From Sarea resinae (taxonomy: Eukaryota): a stretch of 64,000 bases of DNA. Position numbers and translations under genes: made by a program. Below the pieces are notes generated by a model. It ran no database searches, was not told where the DNA came from, and saw nothing but the letters and a program-made list of their open reading frames with translations. Positions within the stretch are counted from its first letter, which is position 1. Every line of letters starts with the position of its first letter. Positions 23,312-37,925 of the stretch are shown piece after piece. The stretch spans positions 62,001 to 126,000 of the forward strand of contig JAPEUD010000037.1 in the NCBI GenBank assembly GCA_026026165.1, given 5' to 3'.

Positions 23312-26300
23312 TTAGTACGGCGGCCTTCCCAACCCCTTTGTAATCCCTCCCAGCCCCTTCAAGGCCCCATCACGAATCTCGATCCCGCTTAATAGTCCCG
23401 TAAGATCAATCTTCCCACCCCACGTCACCTCGCTCCGACTAGCAGCACTCATACTCCTTCCCTTCCTTTGCTTTAGACTTCGACCAGCTCGATCGACCTC
23501 CCTATCATCGCCCTTCGCTGACAAGGACGATGGCAGCGGCAACGAAGCCGGCAACGGAGGCACAGGCGGAATAGATTCGGGCCCTTCGTTGGCAGATGAC
23601 AGGGTGTTCTCATTGCGAGCGTCGCTATCCCCTCTGCTCTGTGCTCTGGGCGTCATTGACCCCTCCCGGCTTTCGGTCGTCTTTGGCTCATTCGCGAATA
23701 CGGCAAAGTCCGCAGGGCTGATGCCTGTGGCAGTAGGCCTGCCGAGTGTGTATGATGCGTCAGATGCAGAAAAGTCCGCACTAATCATACTTTCGCTGCT
23801 GGTGTCATTGTTATAATATTCCGCTCCGCGCATCGATCCATTGGCAGTCGAAGCACGGCCGGTCAACACCCGCTTCAATTCATCGACTCGAACAGTCGAA
23901 TTTCTGCTGGAAGTGGTGTGAGGAGTCGGCGACCCCTCTTGTGTGCTAGCTCTTCGTTGAGCCATGAAGCTGCAGCCAATCAACCCGTACGTTGCTGAGG
24001 CTGGCCGAGGTTGCTGAAGTTGGTGTTGGAACAGAGGCGAAACATTTCTGCTTGCTGCCTGGTTCTCGCCGTTACCGTTGACCGCAAGAAAATTGCGTGT
24101 GCCAGAGCGATTTGTGCCCGACTTTGATCCATTGAGAGAGGTCGTACCGCTCTTTTCCAGTTCAACCTTTGCTAGGATAGCCTCTTTACTCCAGTCCGAG
24201 AGCATCTGGTCTCGGACCCTATTGGGCAGTAGAGGCTTTCCCTCGAAGTAATTTGAGACAGACCCATTGGGCTTGTGCATCGACACCGAAAATCGACGTG
24301 GAGAAGTGGGAGGACTGATTGGAGGCGATGCCACGGTGACTGAGTACGAAGAAGCAATCAGATCTACCATTGATGCTCGATCATCAAATGGTCTTAGAGA
24401 CTCCCTTTGGAAAACTTCCAATGTGAGTCTGTCAACACTTGATGACACGCCAGGCATGTTGATCTGCCCCAGCGTTGCTGGTGGTACTCCTATTTTCTCC
24501 ACCCATAATCCCTTCTCTTTACGTCGAAGGATTTCGTTTTGGATTTCTCTCCCAACGTGAGAAGTTTCAAATCCAAATTGATCGCTCAATACCCAAAAAT
24601 AGCCATGTACCAAACTTCCAATTCGGATTTTGGCCGTAGGACTGTCGACAACCATGATGTCTTCTTGTAATCGAAATATCATCGGCAGTCCACTTTTCAC
24701 CGCGTTGACGCCCAATTTGCTCACCAGAGCCGTCAAGATGAGATGTAACATTAGTATGTCCGGCTCAGAGTCGGCATTTTGAATAGCATTTTCATAGATG
24801 GCAAGATGCAGTAGCTGCAGAAAGGCCGAGGTTTTCGGTTTTGGTGACCGATCTCGATGAGCATTGGCTGATGCCACTTTCCGCGTCGGCTCCTCACCCA
24901 GCTTCCTTGGTTGGGATCTCACACTTCGTGGTCTCTCATCGAGGGCTCTGAAACTATCCTTGCTAACTTCGAGGTCGAGCCAGGTCAAGAGGGCGTCTGC
25001 ATACGCCCTTCGGACTCTACCGTCAGTATCTCGCAAGAGCCATTGCGTCCCATCCCAGACTTGTGTCCCCACTCTGTTTCGTGCCAAAGCAGCAGCTCCA
25101 GTACTTGAAGCACGCATGTTTGCTACTACCAAGATCTCCTTGATTGCCGAAAGGGCAGTGATTCTCGCAGTATCGAAAGAGAAGAAGCCATCTGTATTTG
25201 AGGACTCCAGGAGATTGGCAGAAGAGACTATGGCATTCGCAGCACCAGAAGGATCTTCGACGGCAGAAGCACCTACCATACCAGAAACTGGAGGCGGCTT
25301 CAATCGGACCAAGATAGCAGCCACCATATCCGAGATCTGGTCCGTATAGTAAATATGCGTGGCGAGATCTCCAATGGTTTTCTGAAGCTTCAAAAGGAGC
25401 TCTTTGCGAGCAAACGTCGCCGATTCGGCGGGCTCTATGGTCGGCGCCTCCTGGCCACTAGACACGAGTTGCGACGTCTTCTCCGATGCTAGATCAATTC
25501 CGACAGCCTCTGATTGCTGATGATGAGGGAGCACGCTCGTCCCCCGGCCTCCTAGCTGCAGAACAAGGAGTATGTGATGTACTAGGCCAAGAAGCACATC
25601 CATCACGCTCAGGCCAATCAGGTTGATTTTTGAACTCAATAGCCAGCTCACGATAGCCACAAGAACAAGCTGTTGCTGCACATTTTCTTCCTTCATGGGA
25701 CTCCTGACAAGAGCCTCCATGGCCGTAACAAGAATCACATAGCGATCTTGCACGGGTGCCCATTTGGCTACCATCTCGGTCAATGTTGTAGTCCATCCGC
25801 CGCTGCTGCCGATTACGGAATCCAACCCCTGTGTACTTGCACGAGGAGACAGCTTCTTCGTGATGAAGATCAGTAGCGCCGCCGTCCCTTGTCGGATCTG
25901 GAGTCTGTTGTTGACGACAAAAATTTGTTTGAGACTCTGGAGAGCTATGAGCCCAACTTCTTCCTCTGCCAGTTTGTCCACATCATCCGCAGTCCCGGAA
26001 GCAACAGCTGGATCGCCATCTGTCGTGGTCGAGGTTCGGACGGTCGCAGTACTGGTGCGCCGTCTCAGTAGTTGCTCCCTATCCGTCTCTTCTTTCGCCT
26101 GACTTCGCTGCTGAAGAACAAAAAGATAGTCATCTGTGTCAGAATAGAGATTCTGAAGAATGGCAGGCATAATGTATGAAAGCTGTCGACCAGGATCGGT
26201 TCCCAGTGTTTCCGAGAGTGTAACGCTTTTGATCGCTCGTAGGCCCACACTCCTCCATCGGATCGCCATCGGTGTACTGATAGGTAGCTTCTTCTCATCT

Positions 26301-26853
26301 GAAAGATTTGTCGAGCCAAATTCGGCGTACATCTGGACGATGCCTTCGTACTGTTTGACGTAGTCGTGAGCAGCCGCCCAGGTTGCCGGATCTTGGTGCA
26401 TGCAGAACGTCTCGAAAGTCGGGATCGAGTATTCGACCATCGTGATATCGTTTGAGCGCAAGATTAGGGTGAGGATGCGAAGGATAAACGCCGCGTATAG
26501 CAAAAGGTCGCGCGGCGATTTCTCGATGAATGCCTTGATGATCTGAAGCGTAACTTGGACATTGCTAAGCCACGCGTCAGCATGAGTGCCGGATGAGTCT
26601 CAAACATCGCACAGCAAGCTTGAACAGGCTCGACTTACCCGATTCGACCTCGCCACACATCTCTCGCCGTCCTTTTCTCCAGAAACTCCCCAACCTTCTG
26701 CACCTTGCTACGTCTCGTGCTCGCATAATATAGCAGATAACTCAATTCGCTCGAATTGGGTTTGACGTCGACGGCATTCTTCTGAAAGCGCGGATAGCAC
26801 TTCAGAATCAAGACCTGATGCTTCGGCCGACATCTCTGTCGCATGGCATTCAT
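23312..26853 (-). CDS. EFR3: Efr3, plasma-membrane scaffold of the PI4-kinase complex
   Basis: N-terminus CRPKHQVLILKCYP...PNSSELSYLLYYASTRRSKVQKVG; one intron ~26564-26638; long helical-repeat ORF. Confidence 0.95.
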
Positions 26854-28623
26854 CTGTGCTGACGGGTCTGCTGTGCCGTCCGCTTTGGGAAGAAGGGAGG
26901 CGTCACCGGATAGCGTCACGGATGACGGCGATGTCGCGAGATCGAAGGCTCGAGTCGACTGGCGACGCTAGCATGGAGGGAATCATTCAAGGGCAGACGG
27001 TCAAAGAGCCGGATCATCGATCAGGTTGAAGCATGAGATGTGGTGAAGACGAGATGATGGTGTCGGTCAATGGGGGGCGGATTTCGATATTATTGTAGGA
27101 TCTGGCAATTCCTGTCAGATACTGCGTATTGATGTCGGGACGGGGAACAGCAGGAGCGACCAAGCTCTAGCGGCCTGCTCGGTAGGAGTACAGAAGTACC
27201 TCCAGAGTACCGGTGAAGTCCTCCCCCGTGGTGACTGCGCACACGAGGACTTGTATCGCTTACAGAAGAACCAGCAAGCACATCCGCCAGCTTACGAGTC
27301 ACGATCGTCTTCCCTCTCCTGCCGTCAGTCGGGGGAATCAGCTCAAACCATGGACGACTAGCCCTGAATCTGATCTCCCGCTCGCTCCATCTAGAAGCAG
27401 CTGCAGTGCCAAAGCACACCGTCATGGAAGAACGTGAGCTCTGCATCTTCACCATCCCATCTCATCCCATCTCATCCCTTCCCTTCCCATCCCTTCCTGA
27501 CCCTCTCCCCCAAACCACCTTCTTCTTTCCATTGGGACCCCTATGAAGTACACAAGGGACGGACGCCTCGCCTCGCCTTGCCTCGCCTTGCCATGTCTTG
27601 CCTTGCCTTGCCTCGAAGCGAAAATAGAAAGGGGATCCAGATCACTCAGAAACATGATCATGCAATTGCACGCTACTTGCTCCGACACTACCGTACCTAA
27701 GGTTAAGGTAAGGTATTATGTATGTAGGTCCCGTCGCCCATCTCACCGCCTAGACGACGTGGACATGCGCGAACCAGTCTTTTCATCAACAATTTCGAGA
27801 GCACCGACTCTCTGTTCGAGTCGTATCAACCGTAGAAAGAAGAAAAAACTCGCACTCTTCCCAACAATCGTGAGTTGTAAAGAATGGGAACCTCGGTGAG
27901 AGCTTGGCAGGCTGGCGGGGGCAAGCGATCGCGTGCTCTATTCTCTGATAGCGCACAAATTAGGTAGTGCTTTGTCTGTCGGTCGGAATGCAGCGTGCCT
28001 CGTCAGCACAATAATCCAGATTGCGATTACTGCCGTTCCGTCATCTGCTCGGGGTCTTTTCGAGATACACAGAGCCCATCTGTGTAATGTGTGTTGCTAG
28101 ACCACTGGATCATTAAATTACATTGCTAGATTGCCAGACTGGATAGAGAAGCAGAGAACAAATTACTACTGCTCTCGGACTCAATCTCCTTTTCTCTCTA
28201 TCGGCTTCTCTCTGCCTTGCACTTCCTCAATTCTCTCCGTCCAATGTCACCGATCTCTGAATCCTCTTTCTTTCTCCACCCTTCTTCGCCTCTTTCTATA
28301 CTCTCTCGACACCTCACCGGGTTCTCTCATTCTTCTGTAGACCCTACTTCTATTCCGCTCATCCACGTAGGTTCCCGAGCTGCTGGGCGCTTTGGGTCCG
28401 GGGGCTTTGGGTCCGGGGAGGGGATAGTCCGGCGCAGTCTTCCTTGGGGAGACAGGAGCGGCTTACAATGTTTCGCACGCTCTTGCTATTTGTCTCTGTT
28501 TGGGCATGGGCTTGACAGTAATCGGATCTGAGGGCAAGGTAATGGAGCGTGTTTGCTCTGACGTGTGCCCACAGTATGCACTTCGTTTGATGCCTATTGT
28601 ATGCACCATCGGCGCATGCTCAA

Positions 28624-30964
28624 TCACCCCACGAAATCATTGATGCCATTAGCAGTCGCTTCCCCCCAGATAATAGAGTCCATGAGCGAATATGGTGACG
28701 ACGTGGTCATAGCCATGAGCGGCGATGGCCAATGCGGTGAGTGAGTCGATTTTACTATCCCATTCTCATTCCTCTCGTGAGACTCGGAGACAGGCCCCTT
28801 GGTACCCCCAGACGAGCTTGACAATGCCGACGGCGAAACACCCTCTTCGCGATTGAGCTTGCGGAGAGCGGCAAGTGAGCGAAACAGAGGACCATAGCCG
28901 TGGGGCGCACCTGCAGTAGGATTACTAGGATCGCTCTCATCGGGTTGAGATACTAATGCTGAGAGGACGGCAATCATTTCGCTGAGTAAAGCGCGAATCT
29001 CGGGATTGCGCAAGGGTTCTTCGACGATACCAAGGAGAAGAGATGCACTTAGAGCGCGGTGCAGGGCGGCCCATGAGCGAACGCCAATAGAGGATATCTT
29101 ATTGATTCCGAGAAAAGCCTTTACGGTAGTGACCAGATTCTCGAGACATGTTTTGCGGAGTTCACGAATCTCCCTGTCATCACCTGCGGCATGACCGAGT
29201 GCTGGACGGCAGAGCTCCGATACTAGATAAGAGATGTGCAGATTCAGAGAATAATGCTCTGTCTGGTCACTGACCGTCTGGCATTTTGCGGGATCTTTGA
29301 GCATATCGTCGGCATCGTTGATAATATCCTCAAGCTCTTTTCTGAAACTCGATATTTGTGAGAAGCCCAAGTTATGGCCTGGGGAAAGCATTCGCCCTCG
29401 GACGATGTCAAGCGTGACTTTACAGACCCTGTACATGGATTCGGTGTATGTCCTATGCCCGAAGCTAGAGGTTGCCGTAAGTCCCACATCGCCGTTCATT
29501 GTCGCAGTCGAAGAATCTCTATCGTAGGAAAGAGACAGCAGACTATCTTGCCAGACGACGGCCCACCATATCTTTCTTCTCAGAAGCTGTATGTTAGAGG
29601 GGAAAGATGTTTTATTCGCCTTATGCAGGCCCAATGATTGTGCTAATCGAATAGTCATGCCTGGATCGTTAGTCAATACTTCAGCAATCTCGGAGTGCGA
29701 ACCTACCAAGCAGAGTCCAAGAAACGCCAGGATTCATATTGTTAGAAATCACGTTTCCAAGTACCAAAAGCGCTTGAACGCTTTCTAGTGATGGCTGCTG
29801 GAAAAAGTTCGTAAGACGGAGTGCTTGAAAGGAACAGCACACTGTGGCACATTAGTAGCAATTTTATCAAAGGAGGTCGTCTCGCGCCTCACCATAAACT
29901 TGAGAAGTCAGCACCCTCTCTCGCCGTGATAAGTTCGAGCATTGGCTCCCGGACGCCAAAAGAGCGAAGAGTAATGCGATCCACGAAACGCTGGTCCCGT
30001 TCGACTCGTCAAGAGGGATGAGTCCATCGGTGTGGGCTCGCGCGTCTGCTCGATTCTTGAGGAAAGTCTCGAGCTCTAACTCGAAGGCGTTGATGTCCGC
30101 CACCGCAGGGTAAAAAGTAAACGCTACATCACGATAGAGATGGAAGAATCTATGGCATGTTAGCTCGGCACAAACACGGGCAAGACTGTAGCATACTCCA
30201 AGCACTCCGTATCGGTGGGAAGTGCTTTACACAGCTCGGCCGCCCCTGGGATATGACCACTTCCAGACCATAAGTCTACAAAGGGGTACGTTGCGCTCTC
30301 GTTGTCCAGTCCGAGCATAGGAAGAAGACCTCCGCTTAAGAGTTCCTCAACCTCGGCTTTATGAGCACTCTTTGACAGATTCATGACCAATGCCGGCACG
30401 GAGCTCCCGCCCAGGTGTACTGATGCGCCAGTCAGATTGTTGAAAGCATGAATACCTTCAGCATCGGGTTGTCTGGGTGCGGTGGTGGTGGGCTGCGCGC
30501 TCCTTGGTCTGGCCGAGGGCTCATACGTCCCAGCCATGCGTGCCATGTCCTCCTTCAACGCAAAGAGCGAACCCTCGATAGTATTGAGCCTCGAAAACAA
30601 CCAGTTCCAATCCTCTCGTGGCATTGATACGAGATCGCCTCGCTCTCGGGAGTCGCCCGCCGCAGATGGGCTCCTAAATCATGTCAGTGCCAGTTTTCTA
30701 GTGCGAGACAGCGTCAAAACGGTCAACGTACACGGTCGAACGTGCCCGCTTCGGATCCCCCGACTTGCCATCCACAGCACTGCTGGGCCGCTTGGTCGGA
30801 GCGTGAAGCTGACATAACATAGGATGGTTCCTCTCTTTGCAAGCGCGGCACGGCACACGATTGTCACATTTCACCTTCCGCTGACGGCATGGATAGCATG
30901 CCTTGAAGTCGCGGGCCTTGCGCTTCTTGTGTAAGATCTCATCGACATCGCTCGGGTAGTCCAT
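28624..30964 (-). CDS. Zn(II)2Cys6 transcription factor with fungal TF middle homology domain
   Basis: ACYPCRQRKVKCDNRVPCRACKERNHPMLC cluster; RLAQSLGLH and RRKIWWAVVWQDSLLSLSYDR motifs; several introns. Confidence 0.93.
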
Positions 30965-32177
30965 GATGGGATAGACAATCTCACAGACGGGAAAAAAGTG
31001 AAGAGCAACAGAAGTCAATCAATTGGCAAACATGATATGGAAATGGTGTCGTATATAACTCGACTCGTCGCAATCACAGAAGTCCCCACTGTTTGGGAAG
31101 GGAGGAATATGGAAGAGATCGAAGGGGTAAGGACCATGAAAGTCAAGAAGGCGGTGGAAGATGACTAAATGCCTCAACGAGCTACGTCTGGACGATGATG
31201 ATGATGATGGATTGGGGTCATTGGCCGTCGTCTACTGTTAGTAGAGTAGTCGGCAGCTACTGCGTACTACGATAGAGCCCGGTACCTGAGATTGTGCAGT
31301 GCCCGCGGCATCACCGTAGGTACCTAACCGTGTAGCCGATCGGGAGGGGAAGAGAAGATCGAAATGGCCGCGGATGAGGGAGCAGAGGAGCGAGAGACGG
31401 AGCTGCCGCCAAATGAGAGTCGAGGTCGCGAGGACGAGGAACAGAGACGTGCATGGACCGAACCGAGGATCGAGTCAAGTCTCTTGCTCGTCCCCCCGAG
31501 GTCTCTGACCGCCGCCGGGCGGGCCACAGAGGCACCTGGCACTACTCCGGAGTACTTCGCCGGGACTTCGATCCCGCCTGTCCTGCACTACCGAGTCAAG
31601 CTTGGAGGTCGAGAGTACTTGCTCCATTAGACGGCACCGCACGCCTTGCCGTCTCTTTCTATCCCGAGGACCTGATTGGCGGCGTCTTCTGATAAGCTCT
31701 CTTCAAAACTCTATCCCACCCCGAATAAGGTGGAACGGCGACGGCGACTGCAGCTGCGAGAACGCTTCGATCTCGGAGAAGCTTCTACGACTGAGTCATT
31801 TTGGCAGAATTGCAAATAGGCCCATCTCGACATGGCCTTGATCGCACGAGTTGCAGTCGCGCACTGGAGCTCCAATGTTTTGTTTATTTACTTGCTTTGG
31901 GGAATAATCGCGGGAATAATCGTGGTATATTTCTATAATGCTCACTCATGACCTCTACATTCTGTTTCTCATCGTCTTCCCCTCGCAAGGAGAAACCCTT
32001 CTCGGGAATTACATTATGACGTTCATCTTACTTCGTTAGTCGAGTAAGGCATGCCGGAAATTCTATAAAACTGCTCGATCGCTGAAAAACGGAGCATCAA
32101 CCACACCAGTAGAAAAACGTGACCATCACGATGCGCCATGCTATGCACTTTGGACCTCGCGGTCAAATCGCGCCATC

Positions 32178-34147
32178 CTAATGAGTACTGGCCCTGTCCT
32201 CGAGATCCTTCTCCGTAGGGATGACCTCATCATCAGGGTCAACATATGCAAATTTCGAATAACCCCGAATCGCTGCGCCTTTGAAATAGAAGACGTAGGG
32301 AATGGCACAGCAGGCGAGCGCGATGAAAGCGAGCAGAGAGCTCGCCCATTGGTACCCTAAGCGGTGATACATCTGAGCGGTGAATAACACTGTAGCTGCT
32401 CCCCAAATGGATCGGATGAAGGTCTTCGCCGCGAGAGCGGAAGCAGCTTGATGCTGGTAACAATCCACTGCCACATGTTAGACGTTGTAGAAGCCACATA
32501 GCAGAAAGAGAACATACCCAGATAATTATTGGCGGCGTTGTAAAGGAAGATGAAGCCGAAGCCGACAGGAAAGCCTCCAAGAGCTGGTCCAACCCAGATT
32601 AATCGTGGATATGAGGACCAAGCAAAGATGAAAAGGCCGACGGGGATAAGCCAGCAAGAGATCATCATCGGCACGAGCCGGACCTCGGCTGGTGGCTTGC
32701 CAGCGTACCTTTTGCACATCCGCAGGTAGTGTATGTTGACGACAGGCGAACAGGCAGCGCTGGCAATCACTCCGACAGCAAGCGGGATGAACATGAGACC
32801 TGTAACGCCGGGGCTGTAACCCTTTCCTTCGGAGAAAACCACAGGGAATGCCACGAAGAACATGTACAGGAGTCCGTAGAGTACCGACATGTACAGGGAG
32901 ATGAACAAGACAATCGGCTCGAGGAACAGGAGCTCGAACGGCCGAAGTAGGAACAGTTTCATTCTCTCGCCAAATGGACGCTCGTCCAAGTCTTGCTCTG
33001 TCACGTAGCGATCGTCTTTCTTCTCCTTTCGCAGCTTTTTCGCCCGCTTTGCCAAAATCGTAGGCGTATAGGTCTCGGGGACGGTGAAGGTGATCAGGAT
33101 GTAGGCGGCACCAGCAAGAATAAGCTGAATCCAGAAAAGCCATCTCCAGCCCTTGGCGTCGGAAAGGTAGCCGCCAACAAGAGGGCCGATGGCGGGGCCT
33201 AGAAACGGAGCGGCGCTGAAGGCCGCCATCGGAATGCCACGCTCTTCGTTTCTCCAGAGATCAGCTAGAGTACCACCGACCAAAGTCATAGGCGCACTGA
33301 ACGCGATGCCATCAATTGCACGAGCCACTAGCAATGTCTGTATATTCTTGGCCACGGCACCAGGAATGATGAAAATGACGGCAACCAAGAGCGTACTGCC
33401 GTAGATAAGGCGTCTGCCGACGACTTCACTGAGAGGGGCGAATACCATCGGTCCTGCTATAGTCAGCAAATGCCAGTAGCTGATGTAGGAGCGGAGAAAA
33501 GCACACCTAGGCCGAAACCAATGACGAAAAGCGTGATGCTCAGCAGAGCAACCTCATTGCTATAGCCGAAGCGGTCGGCAATACCTTGGGTATCAGGCGT
33601 CACGACAGAAGAACAAAAGGCGACGACGAAACAGGTGAAAGCGACCACCATGGTACAATACCATTTGAAGGCTTTCGACCAGTTCTTTGGATTTTCCGGG
33701 TCATTTTCGAAATAAGTCACCAGCTCGTATCTCTCGAGCTGGCCCGTATCCTTGGAGCGGACAGTCTTGAGAATGTGACCTTCAGTGGTTTCGGCTGTAT
33801 ATTCGTCGATGTTTGCGTCATTGCTGAGTATCCGATAGGGGATGTTGACCGGATCCGCCGGCTCTCGTGAGGTGATTCGGGATGTCGTCCGATAGACGGG
33901 ATCGAACAATTCGCGGTTGATGGAGCGTCGTGTCTCTTGCTGGGTGAGAGCACGGACTGGATCTATATCATGCTGAGGCGTGACCGCCCGTTTTGGATCT
34001 GCAGCAGCATGGTCTTGGGTGGTGGTGGTGGTCCTAATTGAAGTATCTGTCAGCATTTCCGATGAAACTCGGAATCGAGCAATTGACGTACTGAGCAGGC
34101 GAGCCAGCACCGCCGCTGATACTGTGATTGTCGGCTGTAGTACTCAT
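32178..34147 (-). CDS. MFS drug:H+ antiporter (DHA1; Tpo-like polyamine/multidrug transporter)
   Basis: [69 protein letters not shown] motifs; start MSTTADNH at 34147. Confidence 0.93.
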
Positions 34148-36659
34148 GACGTGTTGATGAGTGAGGTTTGGAGGGAGAGGAGGGAGAGGGGGAGAGAGAG
34201 AAGGCGTGGGGGAGATCAATATGGCTGTGGAGATTCAATTGCTTCTGATCTGGACATGATGCTATCTATATAGTTTTGCCATGGCCGCCGTGGCCAACCG
34301 CCCATCTGTCACCGTAGTAAGATTTGTATGGGCGGGCGTCCGAGCCAGAGCCTTGGACGCTGCACACGATCGGGTTTGTCTCGGTGATGTTGTAACGATG
34401 TAATGCTCTACGACGAGCGACGGGCCTAAGAGATCCTAACGGTTTGGTTTGGCCCAGATGCGACCGGGGGTAGGATAACGATGGATAAGAGAGCAGAGAG
34501 CTGCAATCCAACAATGGGCCGCTTGAGAGTCGGACATCTCTCGGATCTCAATCAGGGCCGCGAAGAGCATGGCCCATGGATGGGAAATGGCTGAAGCGAG
34601 TCGTCAAGGCCGTCATTCGTGCTCTCGTCTGCTCTGCTGCCCGATTCTCGAGGGCCGTCGACTCGGAGCACTACGTAGTACTTCAGTAGCAGAGCACTGG
34701 TGCGCGTACCGGGACGCAGTAGTGCCGTCACAACAGGGCAAATTCGAGTGTTCGGACTGTCTTTTCGTCTTTACCAGCTCGACCATCACAGATTACATAG
34801 CCCTGGCAGGGAAACGAAGAGACGGACCTCGTGCGAGTCGAGGATAACGTGCAGTAGTCGCAGCCACTAGGGTTTGGTTGAGTAAGGAGGAACGAGAAGA
34901 TGGCAGTAGAACCTTCGATTCTTGACCGCTTTGGGCGTGCCCTAGACCGCTTGAGGCCGGTCAAGTCCAGGGCCGGTGTCTCCGACGGCGTCCCGCGCCA
35001 ACTACATGGAGGCAACTTGACGACCATTGCGCATTGGCGAACTGGCCCGTTGGCTCATCATCATCACCGCCCGCCACGAGGCCGACCTTGGAACCCAGCT
35101 GAGCCGCTGATCCAACACGTTCCGACCACCTCATCCATGGACGGATGGCCGCTGCGCTCGCTGGATGGTGCTGCACAGTCATGGCTTACACGACACTACC
35201 ACCATTACAACATCACCCTTCCCACGCCCAACCAGTACGATGAGTACGATGAGTTGACGCTCTGAGCACGTCTTGTCGATATTCCTACAAAGTAACCTGA
35301 TGATCCCCGAACGAGCTGCGGCCACCTCTTAATCTCATGGTTGCTACCTAACACGGCCAGTAAGGTACTCCGATTCGAGTACGCAGGCGATTCGTCGTCT
35401 CCTCTTAGCAGGGACGGCCCGAAGCCCGTTCTTTCCACCCCCTTCCATTTCCCAATGCATGCAAGCCGGCGCTATTGTGCTCGATGCTGGTCCAGCAACC
35501 CTGGCAGATCCTCATATCAAATGCCCCCCGACACCGGACATCAAATCTTTGATATACGAAGCTACATGTGACATTGATATGGCGTGCGATACGATGAGAG
35601 AGAGGGAGGGGGAGAGAGAGGCACAGCATTCTGGACGTGGCGGACACGCAAGCCATCCGAAATGGGACCTCCTTTAGACCCTGACCTCCTGTTGCTGGAG
35701 CAGTCATCATAGCTACGTATTCGTCCTCCATCGGTACTGTAGATACCCAGCACAACACTGAAAAGATGCATCGACAACACCGATTCCTACCTCCAAAGCA
35801 ACGAGAGCAATGATGTCTCTGCACCCTCGCCATATGGCCTCAGTATCGATAGATCTTCACGTCAGGTCGTTATCCAGGCATGGATGTTTGGTGATGCCAA
35901 GCCACGCGCGACACCGCCCGTTGAAAACGTGAAATAAATTGCGTCGGTACGTAGTCCAAATCAAATCAATACGTATCTTCGTACCCGATCATGCAGCCTC
36001 CCTCGCTCCCTTTCCCGACAGCCCGGATCGGCCTTCTGCAGCGCGCAGTAGTCGCGTCCTCAGGGCATCAGGGATCGTGATAGGATGGGCGTTTGGACGA
36101 CGGACGATCTGGCCCGGGCGAGATTTACGAGGCGAAGTTTTTGCTTGCATGCTTACATACATAGAGTACGGCGTGATGACTGACTGCTACTGTGTGCGAT
36201 TGATGCTTTCTCGATGAGCCATCGATGCGACTGCGAAAGCTCAGATCGTCATTCCATGTTGTCGACGGAGTACAGCCTTCACTTCACCGTCTATCAGGAT
36301 CCCGTGAAATACTCTCCTATTGCGGTAGTAGCATTGGATAGCAGCCCTTTCGCCCATTAAGAGTAGAACCATCTCAATACTGGGTCGACGCTCTATCATC
36401 GCCTTTTACTTATCAGATCGAAGTCATGGCGAATAAACGAAACCGGTAAAATCCTTCAATCCCTGGAATTCTGAACTCATCAAGTATCGCCCAGTCCCTT
36501 TGCTATTACTCCTGCACAAGCACACCGCACACGACCGCCAAAATCAGGGGCACCAACAATCTTCAGAAACAATTCCTGCCCAATCCCCAAGTCTCAATCC
36601 CAAGTCTCGAAACCAGCAAAACCGCACAGCCCATCCACAGGGTCATAAGTAAAGCCTCT

Positions 36660-37170
36660 AATCTAGCCCTCCCGCCGCCGCCGCCGCGGCCACCACCACC
36701 ACCACCGACCCGTCCGTTGGGGCAGCCCAGCCCAGCCCAGCCCAGCCCAGGGCAATCTTCGCATCTTCCCATCGTCAATCCCAAACTCTCGCTCGCGCGT
36801 TTCTGCACCACCACCAGCACCACTGTATCCGTGAGCTAAAAAAAACGTAGCTCACAGGGCCAAGGCAGGAGTTCCAAAAAAAAAAAAAAAAAAAGAGCGC
36901 AATTGACAGTACGAGCACACACACACCGCCCACGAACGGATGAATACACGCACACGCCACGCGCCAGACACGCGATATCCAAAACCCAACCCAACACAGA
37001 CAGACATGGATGCAACTAACCTTCGGTAATGTAGGTAAAGTAGGTAGGTAGGTAACTAATGCGGACTAAACCCTACCCTGCCCTACCTTACCCTACCCTG
37101 CCCTTACGTTTCCTTACCTGACCTCCCCTTACCTACTCCCTTACCTACCCTGGGGAGGTACCTACCTAAG
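36660..37170. repeat. Simple-repeat patch: (CCG)n/(CCA)n, (CAGCC)n, poly-A, CCCTAC/TACC-type repeats
   Basis: Directly visible tandem units; A-tract ~36875-36894; ccctaccctgccctaccttaccctaccctg ~37071-37100. Confidence 0.85.
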
Positions 37171-37880
37171 AAGTTGGGTAAGGAGAGCTTGTCAAGCCTT
37201 CGATTTCGCCAGCCAAGCATTGATCGTTCTTCTAGAAGAAGGTAAGAAATCTAGGGGCAAGAATTTCAAAACACCCTCGAATAGGTTACTTACTCCGTTC
37301 ACCCATGCACGTACGAAATACGTTACGATCCCAAGGTACATGGATACTACCTACTACCTAGATAGCTAAAGGTCCTGCGGTCAGAGGCTTCCAGAAAGAT
37401 CCTTCATGACCCAGTACCTTAGTTACGAGCCACTATTCTAGACAACATACATACTCCGTACCTAGAGTAGGTAGCCTACTGAAGTATGATAACTACCTTA
37501 AGCTAGGTAGACAGGCCAGGAACGGTCTCAACAGCAATAATCACCCCTGATCTTTGTTTTGTCTGTCTGGTCCGTCGAACTCTCTTTTTTCTACCGCACT
37601 CAGATCTCCCTCTCGCTAGGTGGTGCGAGTAAAGTATGTCGTTACAATCGTGATACTCTATATACCAGCACTCATCTTTCCCGCACTCCTATATGTACAC
37701 GAGCCAAGCGAGGCGCGAACTAGGCCCAAGAGAGAGGGGGAGAGAGAGAGGAAGAAAAAGGGGGAATGCGTCCGAGAAGGGTAGAAGACGCAATAATGAA
37801 GAGAAAGAGCAACAGATGACGCGAGGCAGAGTCCAAAGATTTCAGATACGTGAGTCATATCGAAGCCTTCGATGAGTTCG

Positions 37881-37925
37881 AGAAGAAGAAGAAGAAGAAG
37901 AAGAAGAAGAAGAAGAAGAAGAAGA
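37881..37925. repeat. (GAA)n microsatellite
   Basis: Uninterrupted gaagaagaa run. Confidence 0.95.

Noticed and set aside
34215..34257. Short ORF MSRSEAIESPQPY* upstream of the MFS gene as a HOL1-like regulatory uORF
   Set aside because: Its ATG is only a few nt after the TATA-like TATATAGA and before the CT-rich tract, so probably upstream of the TSS; it lacks the PS-stop motif.
36170..36245. GTGATGA C-box-like word suggesting a C/D snoRNA
   Set aside because: No suitably placed CTGA D-box or terminal stem.
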